Positions 54,401 through 64,000 of a DNA stretch of 64,000 bases are shown here, piece by piece. A program made the position numbers and the translations under genes. The notes beneath the pieces were generated by a model. That model made no database searches and was not told where the DNA came from. It saw only the letters and a list, made by a program, of their open reading frames with translations. The DNA lies in assembly GCA_964016885.1 (NCBI GenBank), contig CAXHJY010001105.1:62001-126000 (forward strand), in the 5' to 3' direction. The stretch comes from Eledone cirrhosa (lineage: Eukaryota). The first letter of the stretch is position 1, and each line of letters starts with the position of its first letter.

Positions 54401-57400
54401 GCCAGTCCACACTGTAAAGTGGCCATGTAGGTGTCACAACAAAAAGTACCCAGTCCACACTGTAAAGTGGTCATGTAGGTGTCACAACAAAAAGTACCCA
54501 GTCCACACTGTAAAGTGGTCATGTAGGTGTCACAACAAAAAGTACCCAGTCCACACTGTAAAGTGGTCATGTAGGTGTCACAACAAAAAGTACCCAGTCC
54601 ACTCTGTAAAGTGGTCATGTAGGTGTCACAACAAAAAGTAGCCAGTCCACACTGTAAAGTGGTCATGTAGGTGTCACAGCAAATAGTACCCAGTACACAC
54701 TGTAAAGTGGTCATATAGGTGTGTTACAACTAAAAGTACCCAGTCTACACTGTAAAGTGGTCATGTAGGTGTCACAACAAAAAGTACCCAGTCCACACTG
54801 TAAAGTGGTCATGTAGGTGTCATGACAAACAACACCCAGTCCACACTGTAAAGTGGTCATGTAGGTGTCATGACAAAACGTACCCAGTCCACACTATAAA
54901 GTGGTCATGTAGGTGTCACAACAAAACGTACCCAGTCCACACTGTAAAGTGGTTATGTAGGTGTCACAACAAAAAGCACCCAGTCCACACTGTAAAGTGG
55001 TCATGTCAGTGTCACAACAAAAAGCACCCAGTCCACACTGTAAAGTGGTCATGTAGGTGTCACAACAAAACGTACCCAGTCCACACTGTAAAGTAGTCAT
55101 ATAGGTGTCACAACAAAAAGTACCCAGTCCACACTGTAAAGTGGTCATGTAGGTGTCACAACCAAAAGTACCCAGTCCACACTGTAAAGTGGTCATGTAG
55201 GTGTCACAACAAAAAGTACCCAGTCCACACTGTAAAGTGGTCATGTAGGTCTCACAACAAAAAGTACCCAGTTCACACTGTAAAGTGGTCATGTAGGTGT
55301 CACAACAAAAAGTACCCAGTCCTCACTGTAAAGTGGTCATGTAGGTGTCACAACAAAAAGTACCCAGTCCACACTGTAAAGTGGTCATGTAGGTGTCACA
55401 ACAAACAACACCCAGTCCACACTGTAAAGTGGTCATGTAGGTGTCACAACAAAAAGTAGCCAGTCCACACTGTAAAGTGGTCATGTAGGTGTCACAACAA
55501 ACAACACCCAGTCCACACTGTAAAGTGGTCATGTAGGTGTCACAACAAAAAGTACCCAGTCCACACTGTAAAGTGGTCATGTAGGTGTCACAACAAAAAG
55601 TAGCCAGTCCACACTGTAAAGTGGTCATGTAGGTGTCACAACAAAAAGTACCCAGTCCACACTGTAAAGTGGTCATGTAGGTGTCACAACAAAAAGTACC
55701 CAGTCCACACTGTAAAGTGGTCATGTAGGTGTCACAACAAAAAGCACCCAGTCCACACTGTCAAGTGGTCATGTCAGTGTCACAACAAAAAGCACCCAGT
55801 CCAAACTGTAAAGTGGTCATGTAGGTGTCACAACAAAACGTACCCAGTCCACACTGTAAAGTAGTCGTGTAGGTGTCACAACAAAAAGTACCCAGTCCAC
55901 ACTGTAAAGTGGTCATGTAGGTGTCACAACCAAAAGTACACAGTCCACACTGTAAAGTGGTCATGTAGCTGTCACAACAAAAAGTACCCAGTCCACACTG
56001 TAAAGTGGTCATGTAGGTGTCACAACAAAAAGTACCCAGTCCACACTGTAAAGTGGTCATGTAGGTCTCACAACAAAAAGTACCCAGTCCACACTGTAAA
56101 GTGGTCATGTAGGTGTCACAACAAAAAGTACCCAGTCCTCACTGTAAAGTGGTCATGTAGGTGTCACAACAAAAAGTACCCAGTCCACACTGTAAAGTGG
56201 TCATGTAGGTGTCACAACAAACAACACCCAGTCCACACTGTAAAGTGGTCATGTAGGTGTCACAACAAAAAGTACCCAGTCCACACTGTAAAGTGGTCAT
56301 GTAGGTGTCACGACAAAAAGTACCCAGTACACACTGTAAAGTGGTCATCTATGTGTCACAACAAATAGTACCCAGTCCACACTGTAAAGTGGTCATCTAG
56401 GTGTCACAACAAATAGTACCCAGTCCACACTGTAAAGTGGTCATGTAGGTGTCACAACAAAAAGTACCCAGTCCACACTGTAAAGTGGTCATGTAGGTGT
56501 CATGACAAACAACACCCAGTCCACACTGTAAAGTGGTCATGTAGTTGTCACAACAAAAAGTACCCAGTCCACACTGTAAGGTGGTCATGTAGGTGTCACA
56601 ACAAACAACACCCAGTCCACACTGTAAAGTGGTCATGTAGGTGTCACAACAAAAAGTACCCAGTCCACACTGTAAAGTGGTCATGTACGTGTCACAACAA
56701 AAAGTACCCAGTCCACACTGTAAAGTGGTCATGTAGGTGTCATGACAAACAACACCCAGTCCACACTGTAAAGTGGTCATGTAGGTGTCACAACAAAAAG
56801 TACCCAGTCCACACTGTAAAGTGGTCATGTAGGTGTCACAACAAAAAGTACCCAGTCTACACTGTAAAGTGGTCATGTAGGTGTCACAACAAAAAGTACC
56901 CAATCCACTCTGTAAAGTGGTCATGTAGGTGTCACAACAAAAAGTACCCAGTCCACTCTGGAAAGTGGTCATGTAGGTGTCACAACAAAAAGTACCCAGT
57001 CCACTCTGTAGAGTGGTCATGTAGGTGTCACAACAAAAAGTACCCAGTCCACACTGTAAAGTGGTCATGTAGGTGTCACAACAAGAAGTACCCAGTCCAC
57101 ACTGTAAAGTGGTCATGTAGGTGTCACAACAAAAAGTACCCAGTCCACACTGTAAAGTGGTCATGTAGGTGTCACAACAAACACCCAGTCCACGCTGTAA
57201 AGTGGTCATGTAGGTGTCACAACAAAAAGTACCCAGTCAACTCTGTAAAGTGGTCATGTAGGTGTCACAACAAAAAGTACCCAGTCCACTCTGTAAAGTG
57301 GTCATGTAGGTGTCAGAACAAAAAGTACCCAGTCTACACTGTAAAGTGGTCATGTAGGTGTCACAACAAAAAGTAGCCAGTCCACACTGTAAAGTGCTCA

Positions 57401-60400
57401 TGTAGGTGTCACAACAAAAAGTACCCAGTCCACACTGTAAAGTGGTCATGTAGGTGTCACAGCAAATAGTACCCAGTACACACTGTAAAGTGGTCATGTA
57501 GGTGTCACAACAAAAAGTACCCAGTACACACTGTAAAGTGGTCATGTAGGTGTCACAACAAAAAGTACCCAGTCCACACTATAAAGTGGTCATGTAGGTG
57601 TCACAACAAAAAGTACCCAGTCCACTCTGTAGAATGGTCATGTAGGTGTCACAACAAAAAGTACCCAGTCCACACTGTAAAGTGGTCATGTAGGTGTCAT
57701 GACAAAAAACACCCAGTCCACACTGTAAAGTGGTCATGTAAGTGTCACAACAAAGAGTACCCAGTCCACACTGTAAAGTGGTCATATAGGTGTCACAACA
57801 AAATGTACCCAGTCCACACTGTAAAGTGGTCATGTAGGTGTCACAAACAAAATGTACCCAGTACACACTGTAAAGTGGTCATGTAGGTGTCACAACAAAA
57901 AGTACCCAGTCCACAGTGTAAAGTGGTCATGTAGGTGTCACAACAAAAGTACCCAGTCCACACTGTAAAGTGGTCATGTAGGTGTCACAACAAAAAGCAC
58001 CCAGTCCACACTGTAAAGTGGTCATGTAGGTGTCATGACAAACAACACCCAGTCCACACTGTAAAGTGGTCATGTAGGTGTCATGACAAAACGTACCCAG
58101 TCCACACTATAAAGTGGTCATGTAGCTGTCACAACAAAACGTACCCAGTCCACACTGTAAACTGGTTATGTAGGTGTCACAACAAAAAGCACCCAGTCCA
58201 CACTGTAAAGTGGTCATGTCAGTGTCACAACAAAAAGCACCCAGTCCACACTGTAAAGTAGTCATGTAGGTGTCACAACAAAAAGTACCCAGTCCACACT
58301 GTTAAGTGGTCATGTAGGTGTCACAACCAAAAGTACCCAGTCCACACTGTAAAGTGGTCATGTAGGTGTCACAACAAAAAGTACCCAGTCCACACTGTAA
58401 AGTGGTCATGTAGGTCTCACAACAAACAACACCCAGTCCACACTGTAAAGTGGTCATGTAGGTGTCACAACAAAAAGTACCCAGTCCACACTGTAAAGTG
58501 GTCATGTAGGTGTCACAACAAAAAGTAGCCAGTCCACACTGTAAAGTGGCCATGTAGGTGTCACAACAAAAAGTACCCAGTCCACACTGTAAAGTGGTCA
58601 TGTAGGTGTCACAACAAAAAGTACCCAGTCCACTCTGTAAAGTGGTCATGTAGGTGTCACAACAAAAAGTAGCCAGTCCACACTGTAAAGTGGCCATGTA
58701 GGTGTCACAACAAAAAGTACCCAGTCCACACTGTAAAGTGGTCATGTAGGTGTCACAACAAAAAGTACCCAGTCCACACTGTAAAGTGGTCATGTAGGTG
58801 TCACAACAAAAAGTACCCAGTCCACACTGTAAAGTGGTCATGTAGGTGTCACAACAAAAAGTACCCAGTCCACTCTGTAAAGTGGTCATGTAGGTGTCAC
58901 AACAAAAAGTAGCCAGTCCACACTGTAAAGTGGTCATGTAGGTGTCACAGCAAATAGTACCCAGTACACACTGTAAAGTGGTCATATAGGTGTGTTACAA
59001 CTAAAAGTACCCAGTCTACACTGTAAAGTGGTCATGTAGGTGTCACAACAAAAAGTACCCAGTCCACACTGTAAAGTGGTCATGTAGGTGTCATGACAAA
59101 CAACACCCAGTCCACACTGTAAAGTGGTCATGTAGGTGTCATGACAAAACGTACCCAGTCCACACTATAAAGTGGTCATGTAGGTGTCACAACAAAACGT
59201 ACCCAGTCCACACTGTAAAGTGGTTATGTAGGTGTCACAACAAAAAGCACCCAGTCCACACTGTAAAGTGGTCATGTCAGTGTCACAACAAAAAGCACCC
59301 AGTCCACACTGTAAAGTGGTCATGTAGGTGTCACAACAAAACGTACCCAGTCCACACTGTAAAGTAGTCATGTAGGTGTCACAACAAAAAGTACCCAGTC
59401 CACACTGTAAAGTGGTCATGTAGGTGTCACAACCAAAAGTACCCAGTCCACACTGTAAAGTGGTCATGTAGGTGTCACAACAAAAAGTACCCAGTCCACA
59501 CTGTAAAGTGGTCATGTAGGTCTCACAACAAAAAGTACCCAGTCCACACTGTAAAGTGGTCATGTAGGTGTCACAACAAAAAGTACCCAGTCCTCACTGT
59601 AAAGTGGTCATGTAGGTGTCACAACAAAAAGTACCCAGTCCACACTGTAAAGTGGTCATGTAGGTGTCACAACAAACAACACCCAGTCCACACTGTAAAG
59701 TGGTCATGTAGGTGTCACAACAAAAAGTAGCCAGTCCACACTGTAAAGTGGTCATGTAGGTGTCACAACAAACAACACCCAGTCCACACTGTAAAGTGGT
59801 CATGTAGGTGTCACAACAAAAAGTACCCAGTCCACACTGTAAAGTGGTCATGTAGGTGTCACAACAAAAAGTAGCCAGTCCACACTGTAAAGTGGTCATG
59901 TAGGTGTCACAACAAAAAGTACCCAGTCCGCACTGTAAAGTGGTCATGTAGGTGTCACAACAAAAAGTACCCAGTCCACACTGTAAAGTGGTCATGTAGG
60001 TGTCACAACAAAAAGCACCCAGTCCACACTGTCAAGTGGTCATGTCAGTGTCACAACAAAAAGCACCCAGTCCAAACTGTAAAGTGGTCATGTAGGTGTC
60101 ACAACAAAACGTACCCAGTCCACACTGTAAAGTAGTCATGTAGGTGTCACAACAAAAAGTACCCAGTCCACACTGTAAAGTGGTCATGTAGGTGTCACAA
60201 CCAAAAGTACACAGTCCACACTGTAATGTGGTCATGTAGCTGTCACAACAAAAAGTACCCAGTCCACACTGTAAAGTGGTGATGTAGGTGTCACAACAAA
60301 AAGTACCCAGTCCACACTGTAAAGTGGTCATGTAGGTCTCACAACAAAAAGTACCCAGTCCACACTGTAAAGTGGTCATGTAGGTGTCACAACAAAAAGT

Positions 60401-63400
60401 ACCCAGTCCTCACTGTAAAGTGGTCATGTAGGTGTCACAACAAAAAGTACCCAGTCCACACTGTAAAGTGGTCATGTAGGTGTCACAACAAACAACACCC
60501 AGTCCACACTGTAAAGTGGTCATGTAGGTGTCACAACAAAAAGTACCCAGTCCACACTGTAAAGTGGTCATGTAGGTGTCACGACAAAAAGTACCCAGTA
60601 CACACTGTAAAGTGGTCATCTAGGTGTCACAACAAATAGTACCCAGTCCACACTGTAAAGTGGTCATCTAGGTGTCACAACAAATAGTACCCAGTCCACA
60701 CTGTAAAGTGGTCATGTAGGTGTCACAACAAAAAGTACCCAGTCCACACTGTAAAGTGGTCATGTAGGTGTCATGACAAACAACACCCAGTCCACACTGT
60801 AAAGTGGTCATGTAGTTGTCACAACAAAAAGTACCCAGTCCACACTGTAAGGTGGTCATGTAGGTGTCACAACAAACAACACCCAGTCCACACTGTAAAG
60901 TGGTCATGTAGGTGTCACAACAAAAAGTACCCAGTCCACACTGTAAAGTGGTCATGTAGGTGTCATGACAAACAACACCCAGTCCACACTGTAAAGTGGT
61001 CATGTAGGCGTCACAACAAAAAGTACCCAGTCCACACTGTAAAGTGGTCATGTACGTGTCACAACAAAAAGTACCCAGTCCACACTGTAAAGTGGTCATG
61101 TAGGTGTCATGACAAACAACACCCAGTCCACACTGTAAAGTGGTCATGTAGGTGTCACAACAAAAAGTACCCAGTCCACACTGTAAAGTGGTCATGTAGG
61201 TGTCACAACAAAAAGTACCCAGTCTACACTGTAAAGTGGTCATGTAGGTGTCACAACAAAAAGTACCCAGTCCACTCTGTAAAGTGGTCATGTAGGTGTC
61301 ACAACAAAAAGTACCCAGTCCACTCTGGAAAGTGGTCATGTAGGTGTCACAACAAAAAGTACCCAGTCCACTCTGTAAAGTGGTCATGTAGGTGTCACAA
61401 CAAAAAGTACCCAGTCCACACTGTAAAGTGGTCATGTAGGTGTCACAACAAGAAGTACCCAGTCCACACTGTAAAGTGGTCATATAGGTGTCACAACAAA
61501 AAGTACCCAGTCCACACTGTAAAGTGGTCATGTAGGTGTCACAACAAACACCCAGTCCACGCTGTAAAGTGGTCATGTAGGTGTCACAACAAAAAGTACC
61601 CAGTCAACTCTGTAAAGTGGTCATGTAGGTGTCACAACAAAAAGTACCCAGTCCACTCTGTAAAGTGGTCATGTAGGTGTCACAACAAAAAGTACCCAGT
61701 CTACACTGTAAAGTGGTCATGTAGGTGTGTTACAACAAAAAGTACCCAGTCTACACTGTAAAGTGGTCATGTAGGTGTCACAACAAAAAGTAGCCAGTCC
61801 ACACTGTAAAGTGCTCATGTAGGTGTCACAACAAAAAGTACCCAGTCCACACTGTAAAGTGGTCATGTAGGTGTCACAGCAAATAGTACCCAGTACACAC
61901 TGTAAAGTGGTCATGTAGGTGTCACAACAAAAAGTACCCAGTACACACTGTAAAGTGGTCATGTAGGTGTCACAACAAAAAGTACCCAGTCCACACTATA
62001 AAGTGGTCATGTAGGTGTCACAACAAAAAGTACCCAGTCCACTCTGTAGAATGGTCATGTAGGTGTCACAACAAAAAGTACCCAGTCCACACTGTAAAGT
62101 GGTCATGTAGGTGTCATGACAAAAAACACCCAGTCCACACTGTAAAGTGGTCATGTAAGTGTCACAACAAAGAGTACCCAGTCCACACTGTAAAGTGGTC
62201 ATATAGGTGTCACAACAAAATGTACCCAGTCCACACTGTAAAGTGGTCATGTAGGTGTCACAAACAAAATGTACCCAGTACACACTGTAAAGTGGTCATG
62301 TAGGTGTCACAACAAAAAGTACCCAGTCCACAGTGTAAAGTGGTCATGTAGGTGTCACAACAAAAGTACCCAGTCCACACTGTAAAGTGGTCATGTAGGT
62401 GTCACAACAAAAAGCACCCAGTCCACACTGTAAAGTGGTCATGTAGGTGTCATGACAAACAACACCCAGTCCACACTGTAAAGTGGTCATGTAGGTGTCA
62501 TGACAAAACGTACCCAGTCCACACTATAAAGTGGTCATGTAGGTGTCACAACAAAACGTACCCAGTCCACACTGTAAACTGGTTATGTAGGTGTCACAAC
62601 AAAAAGCACCCAGTCCACACTGTAAAGTGGTCATGTCAGTGTCACAACAAAAAGCACCCAGTCCACACTGTAAAGTAGTCATGTAGGTGTCACAACAAAA
62701 AGTACCCAGTCCACACTGTTAAGTGGTCATGTAGGTGTCACAACCAAAAGTACCCAGTCCACACTGTAAAGTGGTCATGTAGGTGTCACAACAAAAAGTA
62801 CCCAGTCCACACTGTAAAGTGGTCATGTAGGTGTCACAACAAACAACACCCAGTCCACACTGTAAAGTGGTCATGTAGGTGTCACAACAAAAAGTACCCA
62901 GTCCACACTGTAAAGTGGTCATGTAGGTGTCACAACAAAAAGTAGCCAGTCCACACTGTAAAGTGGCCATGTAGGTGTCACAACAAAAAGTACCCAGTCC
63001 ACACTGTAAATTGGTCATGTAGGTGTCACAACAAAAAGTACCCAGTCCACACTGTAAAGTGGTCATGTAGGTGTCACAACAAAAAGTACCCAGTCCACTC
63101 TGTAAAGTGGTCATGTAGGTGTCACAACAAAAAGTAGCCAGTCCACACTGTAAAGTGGTCATGTAGGTGTCACAGCAAATAGTACCCAGTACACACTGTA
63201 AAGTGGTCATATAGGTGTGTTACAACTAAAAGTACCCAGTCTACACTGTAAAGTGGTCATGTAGGTGTCACAACAAAAAGTACCCAGTCCACACTGTAAA
63301 GTGGTCATGTAGGTGTCATGACAAACAACACCCAGTCCACACTGTAAAGTGGTCATGTAGGTGTCATGACAAAACGTACCCAGTCCACACTATAAAGTGG

Positions 63401-64000
63401 TCATGTAGGTGTCACAACAAAACGTACCCAGTCCACACTGTAAAGTGGTTATGTAGGTGTCACAACAAAAAGCACCCAGTCCACACTGTAAAGTGGTCAT
63501 GTCAGTGTCACAACAAAAAGCACCCAGTCCACACTGTAAAGTGGTCATGTAGGTGTCACAACAAAACGTACCCAGTCCACACTGTAAAGTAGTCATGTAG
63601 GTGTCACAACAAAAAGTACCCAGTCCACACTGTAAAGTGGTCATGTACGTGTCACAACCAAAAGTACCCAGTCCACACTGTAAAGTGGTCATGTAGGTGT
63701 CACAACAAAAAGTACCCAGTCCACACTGTAAAGTGGTCATGTAGGTCTCACAACAAAAAGTACCCAGTCCACACTGTAAAGTGGTCATGTAGGTGTCACA
63801 ACAAAAAGTACCCAGTCCTCACTGTAAAGTGGTCATGTAGGTGTCACAACAAAAAGTACCCAGTCCACACTGTAAAGTGGTCATGTAGGTGTCACAACAA
63901 AAAGTAGCCAGTCCACACTGTAAAGTGGTCATGTAGGTGTCACAACAAACAACACCCAGTCCACAGTGTAAAGTGGTCATGTAGGTGTCACAACAAAAAG
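12429..64000. repeat. 48-bp tandem satellite/minisatellite array, ~1070 head-to-tail copies, running off the window end
   Basis: Consensus is GTCACAACAAAAAGTACCCAGTCCACACTGTAAAGTGGTCATGTAGGT. Most units differ by 0-4 substitutions, with occasional 45-50 bp indel variants. I saw no inversion or foreign insertion. The 16-aa periodic ORFs confirm the 48-bp period. Confidence 0.99.

Noticed and set aside
12386-63788. Cys-rich repeat ORFs (MTTLQCGLGTFCCDTY)n on minus and (KYPVHTVKWSCRCHNK)n on plus as a metallothionein-like or structural protein
   Set aside because: They arise because the 48-bp unit is a multiple of 3 and lacks stops in those frames. Stops and frameshifts are freely propagated, variants show no evident synonymous bias, and there are no unique termini.
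12429-64000. CRISPR array or diversity-cassette system
   Set aside because: There are no unique spacers. The units are contiguous near-identical monomers, no cas, recombinase or RT genes are seen, and the context is a eukaryotic intron.
12429-64000. TAG|GT in every unit as recursive-splicing ratchet points
   Set aside because: The motif is on the plus strand, antisense to the gene, and has no pyrimidine tract before it.

Overview
Eukaryotic, repeat-dominated genomic DNA, probably from an octopus or other cephalopod. That call is inferred from the tRNA-derived SINE and the (TG/TA) microsatellite landscape and was not checked by search. The only convincing host coding sequence is one 153-bp internal exon on the minus strand (12233-12385) of a phospholipase B-like 2 (PLBD2-type) gene, with canonical AG/GT splice sites, so the rest of the window appears intronic. 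Positions 1-12.2 kb hold compound microsatellites with a cryptic ~2-kb higher-order period, an internally deleted RTE-like LINE ending in a C2H2 finger and a stem-loop, two SINE copies, a 21-bp minisatellite, a 2.47-kb TA-flanked Foldback/MITE-like element with asymmetric internal tandem arrays, and a minimal type-I hammerhead ribozyme downstream of a probable Penelope GIY-YIG remnant. From ~12429 to the window end is an uninterrupted, highly homogeneous 48-bp tandem array (>51.5 kb, ~1070 units). It starts ~43 bp from the exon's splice acceptor and shows nested higher-order duplications. Nearly all ORFs in the supplied track are repeat artefacts. I see no support for a prokaryote-style novel system. 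The most notable items are the giant intronic satellite, the hammerhead ribozyme and the foldback element.
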